Assembly: GCA_030390025.1 (NCBI GenBank) | Contig: JASTWF010000080.1 | Location: 124,001-188,000 of the forward strand | Reading direction: 5' to 3' | Length of the DNA: 64,000 nucleotides | DNA from: Squalus acanthias | Lineage: Eukaryota | Shown here: positions 10,746-21,499 of the stretch, piece by piece | Layout of the letters: each line of letters opens with the position of its first letter | Numbering within the stretch: position 1 is the first letter of the stretch | The notes under the pieces: model-generated | Database searches by the model: none | Seen by the model: only the letters and a program-made list of their open reading frames with translations | What the model was told of the DNA's origin: nothing | Made by a program: the position numbers and the translations under genes

Positions 10746-13041
10746 TGGATTCGTTCTGGTTTTTCCCACGAGCTGTTACCTACAAAACACAATTATTACA
10801 GTCACAGTTAAATTCAGTCTTACAATCATTTCACGCGACAACTAATCAACAAATCAGATCTCTCTTTTACTCGTATCCATCTTGTGGATAATTCATGTTA
10901 AACATGATTTCTCCTCAGCGCTCAATTGTCCCAATCCAAATTTCATGTAACTCTCCACTTCAACTACGATTTCATTCCCTCTAACAGGTACCAGTGTGTT
11001 TAACTCTATTCTGATTGTTTCATTAGTTAGATAGTCTCTCGATGGAGTATGCGTCAATGCTTTAAAAGTTGTCTCACTCTCCTGAGCCACATTAACCATT
11101 TCATGTCGGGCTGTTGTCAAGTAACTGAGCATGTCTGAGACCCGTTCTTCAGTGCAGATTTACCATATATTTCCGGATGATAATTGCTCCATACGCACAA
11201 ATCACATTTGCACACTTGTACCGGTATCTCAATATCATGCCAAACGTGCCATCCGATACAAGCCACTCTCGGGCTTTCAGATGATCCTATCAAAAGATTG
11301 TAGTTGTCTGGAGATCTTTGCTCATCTTCCTCTGCATGGTCCCGATGTCTTGGGTAGTGGCCAGACTATCAATTCAGTTTTCTTAAAAAGTACATAGGCA
11401 AGACACAAATGTCTCCAAGAGAAAGCTGTCAATTTACTATTTGTAACTACACTTTCCTGACTTTCACTAGAAAGTTAGGAACATTTCCATTTGATGGTGT
11501 AATTCTCCTGTTTCTATCTTACACCCTCAATCACTTCCTCTCTCCATTTTACACATCCCATTAATTATCATTCATATCTCATTCATGAGCCCTGGAGGAA
11601 CTTTACTGTCCAGTACAATATTTACGATAGAAAACCATAGATCAAACATTCTCACTTGGTCCAAGTTATTAACATTTTTTATTTATCATTATTTTAGAGG
11701 ATCTTTTATTTTCCCAAAAGTAACCCAATATATAGTGCCTGAGTCCATTTTGTCATTTCAAAATTATCCCAAAATCCAAACAGCAGTATTGTTGAACTGA
11801 TCGGTTTTGTCAATGTTCAATTTCATTTCTATCAATTTATCTTATCAATTCCAATTTCAGAAACAAGTGATTCTCAGGCTAGGTGGTTTACACAGTGTTT
11901 TAACATTAGAGACAGAAGTGTTACAATTAGTTTACAAGATAACTTCCATATAACAAAAGAAAGCAGGGAATCCATTGTGGCTCTGCTTAAGAGCCCAAGG
12001 GGTTAATTTATCACATCATAATTTACCTTGTGTCAATCTGGGGAAATATTAACTTAAAATTAAGAAACTTAAGTTTAATAATGTCCAATATCTTTAAATT
12101 TCATTCAGCAATACTAAAGTTGTTGCTCGGTGAACTTAAACAGCTGTCAGTGGAAAGGGTTAACTCCTTTGCAGGTTTTTAAGAAGGTGGAGCGAAACAT
12201 TGTCAGGCGCACGCAATTGCGTCACTTTGCGTAAATTTAAAAATACTTTCGCGATCGAAAAAGACAGTTGTGTTTTCACACTTTAACTAAACACGAACAG
12301 AACAGATAAAACAAAACAAAACAGCACATGCTTGCAGGAAACAGTAAATTACGTCATATTTCTTATTGTCCTTTCTTCAGATGCCTTTCCAAATGACTGT
12401 AAAAACATTGAATACAACTGGAGAAAAATTAGTTTTTCACATTCAAACAAATCAAATCAAATCAAACCGCTTTGGAAGATTTCACCATAGCAACCACGAT
12501 TCCAAGGTTAAATCTTAGACGGAAACTTAGGGGTAAAAATTCAGTTGGTTGCGCCTCCCGTTAGCGCCTTAAAAGGGCGCTAATGGGGCGTTAAGGCGCT
12601 AACGCCCGGGCGCAGCGCTGTTTGCGCCGCTCGAGAACTTAACTTGAGATTGTGCGGCGGCGCTAAAGCTTACCGCTGCGACCACCTGCGCGCGCAGATT
12701 GTGACGTCATTCCGTGGTGCAACGCCCTTGGGGCGCCCCGGAGCGGAAATTGAGTGGCGCCCCCTGCCTTACCGCCTGGCGCTTCCAACGACCGGAAGAC
12801 TGGAACGTTATCAATCGGTGTGGGGCTGGGGGGGGCGCTATTTAAAGGGGGCCTCTTCCTGTCTTTTTCTGTGGTCGACATTTATGCACCACTCGTTCTG
12901 AGAGAGAGAGAGAGATTCGGAGAGAGAGAGAGAGAGACTTCTACATTGACTCAACGCTTTGTGAGGTAGTTTTGCCTAGTTCATCCTAACTTTGCTGCTA
13001 CTTTCGTTGCTGTACCTCATTACTTTTCTGGCAAAGAGAAT

Positions 13042-14202
13042 ATGGGGGCTGCAATGATTGGGGGCGTCGTCCTGCTCCAGCTCAATCGGAGGATAGTGAG
13101 ACGCAGACAGAGAGTGGCAATGATGGCCAGACGGAGGAGGGCCATCAGGCGCATGTACAGGAGAGCTTACCCTCCCAGGGTATATCGTGAACAGCTCTCC
13201 TACATCCACATGTCCGAGGAGCTGTGTTTGCGAAGGCTGCGATTCAGCAAGGAGGTGGTCACTGAGCTCTGCCACCTGCTGCAGCCAGATCTGCAGCCTC
13301 AGCTGAGGTCCAGGACGTCTCTGTCGATGGCAGTGAAGGTCACAGTGGCTTTGAACTTCTACGCCACTGGCTCATTCCAAGCTGCTGTTGGGGACCTCGC
13401 CAATATCTCCCAGTTTGCGGTGCATCGCTGCATCCGGCAGGTCACCAATGCCCTCTTCACAAGGAGACGAGACTTCATCTCCTTCCCTATGACCCCAGAC
13501 AAGCAGCATGACCGTGCTATGGGCTTTGCGAGGGTAGCGGGCTTCCCCATGGTGCAGGGCGCCATTGACTGCACGCATGTGGCTTTGCGTGCTCCGCGAG
13601 AGAATGCAGAGGAGTTCCGGAACAGAAAGGGGTTCCATTCCTTGAATGTGCAGTTGGTCTGTGACCACAGACAGGTGATTCTCGCTGTCAATGCCCACTA
13701 TCCGGGCAGCTGCCACGATGCTTTCATCCTGCGCCAGAGTACTGTGGCAGAAATTTTCGACGCACCGCATCAGCCAGTTGGTTGGCTTCTGGGGGACAAG
13801 GGGTACGCATTGAGCACCTGGCTGATGACACCGCTCCGTGCGCCAAACACCCCTGCTGAGCTGCGGTACCAGGAAAGCCAACAAGCAACCAGGAACATTA
13901 TTGAGCGCACAATCGGCGTGCTCAAACAACGATTCCGCTGTCTGGACCATTCCGGAGGAGCCCTGCAGTACTCGCCTGAGCAAGTTTCCAAATTCGTAGT
14001 GGTGTGCTGCATGTTGCACAACATGGCAATCCTCAGGACGCAGCCAATGCCACCAGGCCTTGCAGCACCACAAGAGGAGGAGGAGGAAGAGGAGGAACAG
14101 GCCGAGGACGATGATCAGCAGCAGCACCAAGGCAGGAGGGCGGCCCACAATGGTCAAACTGCAAGGGCCGTCCGTCAACGACTAATAGCAAGCCGCTTCT
14201 AG
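13042..14202 (+). CDS. Harbinger DDE transposase (HARBI1-like), intact 386-aa ORF
   Basis: Motifs GAIDCTHV, NRKGFHSLNVQLVCD, PGSCHDAFIL, LLGDKGY, RNIIERTIGVLKQRFRCL, CCMLHN. Confidence 0.96.
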   Translation: MGAAMIGGVVLLQLNRRIVRRRQRVAMMARRRRAIRRMYRRAYPPRVYREQLSYIHMSEELCLRRLRFSKEVVTELCHLLQPDLQPQLRSRTSLSMAVKVTVALNFYATGSFQAAVGDLANISQFAVHRCIRQVTNALFTRRRDFISFPMTPDKQHDRAMGFARVAGFPMVQGAIDCTHVALRAPRENAEEFRNRKGFHSLNVQLVCDHRQVILAVNAHYPGSCHDAFILRQSTVAEIFDAPHQPVGWLLGDKGYALSTWLMTPLRAPNTPAELRYQESQQATRNIIERTIGVLKQRFRCLDHSGGALQYSPEQVSKFVVVCCMLHNMAILRTQPMPPGLAAPQEEEEEEEEQAEDDDQQQHQGRRAAHNGQTARAVRQRLIASRF

Positions 14203-14496
14203 GGCCCCTGCCATTGCTACAAACACGAATCAACCCAGCACGCAACCCCTAAGCCGGCCAAGGCACCAATAATTCCAACCACCAGCCATGTATATTTTGA
14301 ATACAGAAACTTATTTATTGTACAAACTCTGTGTGTGTCAATTCCTCATGACAAACTCATAGAAATAAACACAAAAAAACAGTCAATAACATAACTGGTT
14401 CTCACAACCTGGAGATAATGTCCAAAACACTAAACAAAAGTTGGGCCATGAACCTCGGCCTTTAATAAAAAAATGACCAGCATTTTGGCACACCTC

Positions 14497-16405
14497 CTAC
14501 TTTTTGCCCTTCGAGGGTGATCTCCTTCCCTTGCGCACTTCCCCCCTTCTAACCCTACTGCTCCTCCGTAATGGGACCTCAGTGGCTGCAGCAAGGCTGG
14601 TGGAAGGCTGCTGCTTGTCAGACCCTGACACTGCAGATGCCCCTGAAGGACGGCCTCGACCACTTCTGGGCCTGGAGGGCCCGGCTGCAGACTGCACCAA
14701 CTCTGCATGGGCGGCAGCAGTCTGTCCTACAGGCGGTGGCAAGTGCAGTGGAGAAGTGACAGTGTTGGCAGCAGGAATGCTGTCATCGTGAGAGAGGACA
14801 GCAACTCCCTGCTCGCCCGACACACTGGCACTCCCACGGGGCAGCACTTCAGCATCCGGAGCAATTTGCCGGAGAACAGATTGCTGGCCTGCTGCGGCGC
14901 GGTGACAGCCCCAGGGACATGTGCACGAACCATCGAGGATGGCAGCAGTCAGTGCTCGCGTGGCCTCAATCTGAGTCTGCATGAGAGCAGTCTCAGATGG
15001 GTTCCTGGCAGCCAGTGACTGAATTGCAGCACTAAGCTTTAGTGTGGCATCCGCCTGTGCTACAGCGAAGTGCTCCACACTCCTTGCCAGTGTCTCAATG
15101 CATTCGGGCACCCTTCCCACTGCACCCATGAGCTCAGTGTGCATGCCCACCGCCTGGCTGTTCATTTCTGCAATCAGCCGCTCCTCCTCTGCGTCCATTG
15201 CATTAGGAGTGTCTGGCATACTCTCCCTCTGGGGAGAAGGCTCCCGTTCTTCCCTCCCCCCCCATGGCGTGGCTGCAGCCCGCTGGGTCCTGGAGCTTCA
15301 CCATCATCAGCCCCTTCCCCCCTGCTCCCCCGTTCTTCCCTCCCCCCCCAATGGCGTTGCTGCAGCCCGCTGGGTCCTGGAACTTCACCATCATCAGCCC
15401 CTTCCCCCCTGCTCCCCTCCGGGGAAGGCGTGTTCCCAGTGTGGCCATGGGCTTCCTCGGGAGAGGGTGGCACTGATGCTCCGGCTTCCTCTTCCTCCTC
15501 AGCTGCAGCATCACTCCCAGTGGCAGCTTCAGGGACCATCTCCTCAGCTGGTGAATCACCATCTGAAAGCAGGGAGGTACAAGAGTGGCTTTAGCGTGAG
15601 GACAGGGTGGCAGTAAGGGAGGAATAAGTGCAGCGAGTTAGCAAGTTGGATTGAAAGTGTCAAAGGCTGGTATTGTGAGGGACAAGTGGAAGGACAGAGG
15701 ACAAAAAGGTGATGACCTTACCATTGCTGTCCACAACGGGGTCGGCGTCCCCAGTGGCGACGGGACCGATCACCCGGCTTGCCACAATCCTGTGGACGCG
15801 CTCCTCCAGATCGCTGAGGGGTTGCAGCTGAAGCCGCCCTCCACCCGTCCGTTGCTGCTGTCTCCGATTATGAGCCAGCTTAGCCTGCAAGAAAAAGGAC
15901 AGCATCTGAGTCAATATACAGCCATGGTCTTGCCTGATGTGCCTCCCATAGGTGAATAGCCCTTACAATATGCAGCCATGGTCTTGCCTGATGTGCCTCC
16001 CATAGGTGAATAGCCCTTACTGTATGCAAAGTGTGGAATGTGTGTGTGTGTTTGATGAAAGGGCCATAGGTGTTGCATGAGTGTTGTGCATTGGGGTTTT
16101 AAGACCCTCTGGCCATAGAGTGAGGTTGAGATGGAGGGATGGAGAGGTATTGAGAAAAAGCCACTCACCCTGACGACCCGAGTGAGGTCGTTGAACTTTT
16201 TGCGGCACTGAACATGGGTCCTGGGCACCATGCTCCTGGAGGAGACGCTCTGAGCCACCTCCCTCCACACTCTTCTGAACTCGCGTGGCAAAGGCCTCCT
16301 GCCACTCTCCGGGAACAGCATGCATCGTCTGCGCTCCACTGCGTCAACCAGAGCATCCAAGGCCCGCTCGGTGAAGCGATGAGCGCGTTCTCTCACCCTC
16401 TCCAT
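14497..16405 (-). CDS. Harbinger Myb/SANT-like DNA-binding protein; exons 16405-16169, 15884-15722, 15562-14497; 1-bp frameshift near 15260
   Basis: RAHRFTERALDALV...WREVA...RTHVQCRKKFNDL, then AKLAHNRRQQQRTGGG; canonical splice sites in phase; basic C-terminus LRRSSRVRR. Confidence 0.88.
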
Positions 16406-17538
16406 GCTTGGCAGCAAAATGGATTACAGGTCTCTCCAGGCTGAGATTCAAGGCTGCAATGAGCAGGGTGTGGCTGGGGAGCAAGTGGCCCCCCCCGCTT
16501 TAAGAAGTGTCCGGCGCCAGTGTGTCTGTGTTCCCTCGCTAACTGGCAGCAGCTGCGCTGCGCTCGTGCGCTGAGGTAGCGCCTCACTCCTAGGCCTTTG
16601 CGCCTTAAGAGAGGTGTGCAGCGCCTAATTTAGCGCTCCACTCACCTCCCGGGGCGGTAAAAGTGAAGTTTCCTGTCAGTGCCGATAATTAGCGCCAGGC
16701 GCTAATATTTGCGCGCGGACGATATTTGCGCCCCAAATGGGGCGCGACCTAATTTCTACCCCTTAATCTTTTGTTAAACAAACTTTTTGTTTTTCTCAGT
16801 TTTTCCACACCAGCTTAAATTAAATTGTAATTCAAGGGTTTCTTTCCAATTCTTGGGGCACAATCTTATTCGCACATTCTTAAAACTTCCAAAATCCAAC
16901 ACAACACAAAAGGGTTAAACGCTTTTAACACAGAGATGTGGGTGGAGCTAAAACACACATAATAGACACTTTTTGTTTTAAAGACAAACTTTCAGACAAA
17001 AGGAATACTGTAACTTCTTAAACATTCATAGTTAGGAAAACTTTTACACTTTAACACACACTTCCACACAAACTGAAATTCCAGCATTTTTTTAAGGTTC
17101 CTTTCACTCAGCAAATCTTGTGTTTTATTTGTTTCAGCACAGACGTTAATAACTTCCATGTCAGTGAAACTTTAAGTTTCTCTTTTTATTTCTTTTTTTA
17201 AATCGACGTCTCAGCAGCTTTTCCTGGCTTTCCAAATCCCTGTTTTTTTCCTTTTCTTTGCTGAATTTTCAGATTGGTTAGCCTGCAATTTAGATTTTTT
17301 TCCTTCTCTATCTCCCCACTCTCCCTCCTGCACTTTATGCTTCACCTCCTTCAGGCTATCTATCAACTGTTCCCAGTGATATGCCAACGCCATTGTATTT
17401 CTGGTTTTACTTTTTAACACGCTCTTTCCCGCTCCCTTCTTTCAGAGAGAAAAATACTCAGTCTAAGCAACGATCACGTGCGTTTGACCAAGTCCCTCTG
17501 GTCCCCACAACCAGAACCTTACAACGCCCAACTCTGTG

Positions 17539-17556
17539 ATCCCACTTCTGACACCA
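17539..17556 (-). other. Primer-binding site complementary to the tRNA-Leu 3' end
   Basis: TGGTGTCAGAAGTGGGAT, 1 nt from the LTR terminal ACA. Confidence 0.9.
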
Positions 17557-17557
17557 C

Positions 17558-18293
17558 TGTAAGATTTGGATCACAGGTCACACACAGATTACCCAAAGGT
17601 TCTTAGGAGTTGTAAGGCTTTTTATTAAAGAGCTACAGTTTAAAGCATAATCAGATATTACTACATGTGATTGAAATAGATACAGTAGACACACAACCCG
17701 TGACAGATGAGGGCGATCTACGGCCCTAGAATGGAACGAAACAACTGGACAGACGGGGAGGCAGTACGGTGGTCTCGGATTGGCTGGATTCCTGCAGTCT
17801 GCGGTCACTTCCGTTGGGTCATCCCTCGAGCTGTAGGAGGTGTTAGGCCGCAGCCACCTTGGGGAAGCCTTCGCCCCTAACTGCCTGATTTCCTCTCTCG
17901 GTCATCTACTTTTATAGTTATTTCGGTGGGCTGGTGATTACCTGGTGACAATCATTTTTTCTCCATCCCATTGTTCAATTACAAGGGAGAGATTACCTCT
18001 GACAGCCCCCTCCCAGTGTCATGAGGTCATTTTCCTCCTTATCTCTGTTCTAAAGGTCTTGTTGCCCTCTTGGAGATAGCTTGTTTATCCCACAGCTCCT
18101 TGCTACATCCCGTATCAGGCCTAGTTATGTCCACTCGAAGGCCTGTTTTTGTGTTCTGACATCATAATTCAGCTCTCTGTACAGCTATTTTTCTGACATG
18201 ACTGGAATCTTTCTGTGTCATCAACTTAGGCAAACTGCTGATCGAGGGAACCCGTAACAGACTATTATTTCTTTCAATCCATGATTTCTTACA
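17558..18293 (-). repeat. 5' LTR (736 bp)
   Basis: Inverted termini TGTAAGA...TCTTACA, TATAAAA and AATAAA, adjacent PBS. Confidence 0.85.
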
Positions 18294-18821
18294 AGTGTCT
18301 GGGAGGGTGAGACGGGGTCAGGAGGGGAGTGAGATTAGTCTGACCGGGTTGAACAGGGTCTGGAAGGGTGAGACGGGGTCAGGAGGGGAGTGAGATTAGT
18401 CTGACAGGGTTGAACAGTGTCTGGGAGGGTGAGTCGGGGTCAGGAGGGGGAGTGAGATTAGTCTGACAGGGTTTAACAGTGTCTGGGAGGGTGAGACGGG
18501 GTCAGGAGGGGAGTGAGATTAGTCTGACAGGGTTTAATAGTGTCTGGGAGGGTGATACGGGGTCAGGAGGGGAGTGAGATTAGTCTGACAGGGTTTAACA
18601 GTGTCTGGGAGGGTGAGACGGGGTCAGGAGGGGAGTGAGATTAGTCTGACAGGGTTTAACAGTGTCTGGGAGGGTGAGACGGGGTCAGGAGGGGAGTGAG
18701 ATTAGTCTGACAGGGTTTAATAGTGTCTGGGAGGGTGATACGGGGTCAGGAGGGGAGTGAGATTAGTCTGACAGGGTTTAGCAGTGTCTGGGAGGGTGAG
18801 ACGGGCTTAGGAGGGGAGTGA
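18294..18821. repeat. 61-bp minisatellite
   Basis: About 8.5 units of gtgtctgggagggtgagacggggtcaggaggggagtgagattagtctgacagggtttaaca. Confidence 0.95.
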
Positions 18822-18874
18822 AAAAGTCACAAATACGTCAACAGGGGGAAAGAATCGAAACTTCACTTACTGAA

Positions 18875-18906
18875 TCACAAAGGAGCCGGCACAGAGACAT
18901 CAGAAG
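18875..18906 (-). CDS. MHC class I-like copy B, cytoplasmic exon with stop
   Basis: Strong acceptor ttttattttctcag; in phase with the TM exon; ASDVSVPAPL*; gtaagt donor after 18871. Confidence 0.65.
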
Positions 18907-19056
18907 CTGAGAAAATAAAACAGAATGTGAGAAATGGGAATAAAATATATAAATAGAGAATGTGAGATATTCTACATCACTGACTGGGCCCAGGAGCCAA
19001 TCACCTCCCAGCAATAACTAAACAGACTCACACATGGTAAATGTGCACAGAGACAA

Positions 19057-20600
19057 GGGACTGGAGGGCGAGGGACTGGAGGGCGAGGGACTGGAGGGCG
19101 AGGGACTGGAGGGCGAGGGACAGGAGGGGGAGGGACTGGAGGGCGAGGGACTGGAGAGCGAGGGACTGGAGGGCGAGGGACTGGAGAGCGAGGGGCAGGG
19201 ACTGGAGGGCGAGGGACAGGAGGGCGAGGGACAGGAGGGGGAGGGACTGGAGAGCGAGGGGCAGGGACTGGAGGGCGAGGGACAGGAGGGGGAGGGACTG
19301 GAGAGCGAGGGACTGGAGGGCGAGGGACAGGAGGGCGAGGGACTGGAGAGCGAGGGACTGGAGGGCGAGGGACAGGAGGGGCAGGGGCTGGAGGGGGAGG
19401 GCCTGGAGGGGGAGGGACTGGAGGGGGAGGGACTGGAGGGCGAGGGACAGGAGGGGCAGGGGCTGGAGGGCGAGGGACTGGAGGGTGAGGGACAGGAGAG
19501 CGAGGGGCAGGGACTGGAGGGGGAGGGACTGGAGGGCGAGGGACTGGAGGGGGAGGGACTGGAGGGCGAGGGACTGGAGGGCGAAGGGCTGGAGGGCGAA
19601 GGGCTGGAGGGCGAAGGACTGGAGGGTGAGGGACAGGAGAGCGAGGGACTGGAGGGGGAGGGACTGGAGGGCGAAGGGCTGGAGGGGCAGGGGCTGGAGG
19701 GCGAGGCACTGGAGGGTGAGGGACAGGAGGGCGAGGGACAGGAGGGGGAGGGACTGGAGGGCGAGGGACAGGAGGGGGAGGGACTGGAGGGCGAGGGACA
19801 GGAGGGTGAGGGACAGGAGGGCGAGGGACAGGAGGGTGAGGGACTGGAGGGCGAGGGACAGGAGGGGGAGGGACTGGAGGGTGAGGGACAGGAGGGCGAG
19901 GGACAGGAGGGTGAGGGACAGGAGGGCGAGGGACAGGAGGGTGAGGGACAGGAGGGCGAGGGACAGGAGGGGGAGGGACTGGAGGGCGAGGGACAGGAGG
20001 GCGAGGGACAGGAGGGGGAGGGGCTGGAGGGCGAGGGACAGGAGGGCGAGGGACTGGATGGGGAGGGACTGGAGGGGGAGGGGGAGGGCCTGGAGGGCGA
20101 GTGGCTGGAGGGGGAGGGGCTGGAGGGCGAGGGTCTGGAGAGGGAGGGGCTGGAGGGCGAGAGACTGGAGGACAAGGGACTGGAGGGCGAGGGACTGAAC
20201 GGCGAGGGACTGGAGGGTGGAGGACTGGAGGGCGAGTGGCTGGAGGGCGAGTGACTGGAGGGCGAGGGACTGGAGGGCGAGGGACTGGAGGGCGAGTGGC
20301 TGGAGGGCGAGAGGCTGGAGGGCGAGAGGCTGGAGGGCGAGTGACTGGAGGGCGAGGGACTGGAGGGGGAGGGGCTGGAGGGCGAGGGGCTGGAGGAGAG
20401 GGGCTGGAGGGCGAGAGGCTGGAGGAGAGGGGCTGGAGGGCGAGGGGCTGGAGGGCGAGAGGCTGAACAGCGAGGGACTGGAGGGTGAAGGACTGGAGGG
20501 CGAGTGACTGGAGGGCGAGGGGCTGGAGGGGGAGGGGCTGGAGGGGGAGGGGCTGGAGGGCGAGGGACTGGAGGGCGAGGGACAGGATGGCGAGGGTCTG
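19057..20600. repeat. 15-bp G-rich minisatellite
   Basis: About 100 units of gagggcgagggactg; explains the EGEGL, PSSPS and RARDW ORFs. Confidence 0.95.
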
Positions 20601-20698
20601 GTGTGAGGATCGGAGAGTGTAATAAATGTCAGTTAGAATGGGGATAACCCATTATCAGAGTGTGAGCACACACCTAGTGTGAGGATCGGAGAGTGTGT

Positions 20699-21075
20699 AC
20701 TCACTCTGTCCCTCAGTTCTACATTCCTCTCTCTCACTCTCTCCTCTCAGTGCCCTGTGCTCCCAGTACTGGAGATTCCCTACACTCACTCTGTCCCTCA
20801 GTTCTACATTCCTCTCTCTCACTCTCTCCTCTCAGCGCCCTGTGCTCCCAGTACTGGAGATTCCCCACACTCACTCTGTCCCTCAGTTCTACATTCCCTT
20901 CTCTGTCTCTCTCCTCTCAGTGCCCTGTGCTCCCAGTACTGGAGATTCCCCACACTCACTCTGTCCCTCAGTTCTACATTCCTCTCTCTCACTCTCTCCT
21001 CTCAGTGCCCTGTGCTCCCAGTACTGGAGATTCCCCGCACTCACTCTGTCCCTCAGTTATACATTCCCCTCTCTC
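20699..21075. repeat. 85-bp minisatellite next to the TM exon donor
   Basis: Units start at 20701, 20786, 20871, 20956 and 21041. Confidence 0.93.
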
Positions 21076-21085
21076 TGATTCTTAC

Positions 21086-21199
21086 CTCTCCGTTGTTTTA
21101 TCCAGATGAATATTCCAATTATCCCGATTATAACCAGTGCAGCGACTGATCCAATTATAATTCCAGGATAGGAGCGTGCACCACTGTTTTCCGGTATTT
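21086..21199 (-). CDS. MHC class I-like copy B, transmembrane exon
   Basis: tttcag acceptor and gtaag donor, 114 bp, phase 1; EIPENSGARSYPGIIIGSVAALVIIGIIGIFIWIKQRR (absent from the ORF track). Confidence 0.92.
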
Positions 21200-21270
21200 C
21201 TGAAACACATTTGAATAATATCAAGGTAGTCTTTCTTTTCCCGGATCCATTCCCAGTTCGGTGTCAACGG

Positions 21271-21455
21271 AGGGACAATTTTAACCTCACCCGCCCGTCG
21301 GGAATCTGAGGGATCGGGTCCAACGCTGGTTTTACTCCCGCCTGATCTCACTCTCCATTGGAGTCAATAAAGAGTCTCATTGATGGTGGTGTTGGACCGG
21401 CGTTGCCCCGATCCCCGGGTTACCTGCCCGGCGAGCTCGGTTCAATTTACCCCCC
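21271..21455. mobile_element. Short palindromic MITE (related copy at about 24594-24763)
   Basis: Imperfect TIRs GGGACAATTTTAACC...GGTTCAATTTACCCCC. Confidence 0.55.
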
Positions 21456-21499
21456 ATGTCTCTGTGTCCTGTCCTGGGTCCATCCCCAGGGTCACATTG

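Larger units (their letters stand above)
12530..16762 (+). mobile_element. Full-length PIF/Harbinger DNA transposon (4233 bp)
   Basis: TIRs GGGGTAAAAATT and GGGGTAGAAATT; TTA TSD at 12527-29 and 16763-65; convergent transposase and Myb/SANT genes. Confidence 0.96.
9110..18293 (-). mobile_element. Degenerate or non-autonomous LTR retroelement (ERV-like) with tRNA-Leu PBS, interrupted by a Harbinger
   Basis: 5' LTR 18293-17558 (TGT...ACA, TATA near 17912, AATAAA 17626-17621); PBS 17556-17539; purine tract GAGGTGGGGAC before the 3' LTR 9838-9110 (AATAAA 9195-9190); no intact gag or pol seen. Confidence 0.78.

Noticed and set aside
13042-14202. Domesticated host HARBI1 gene
   Set aside because: Lies within TIRs and a TSD, with a Myb partner and related MITEs, so it is a transposon
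17211-17420. gag ORF after the PBS
   Set aside because: Position fits, but it is short with no recognisable gag motif
19026-19062. Possible extra cytoplasmic exon ending at a gtgagt donor
   Set aside because: The nearest acceptor gives an out-of-phase 29-bp exon
18972-20507. Pro/Ser-, Glu/Gly- and Arg-rich ORFs resembling mucin or extensin
   Set aside because: 15-bp minisatellite open in several frames; no supported in-phase splice sites
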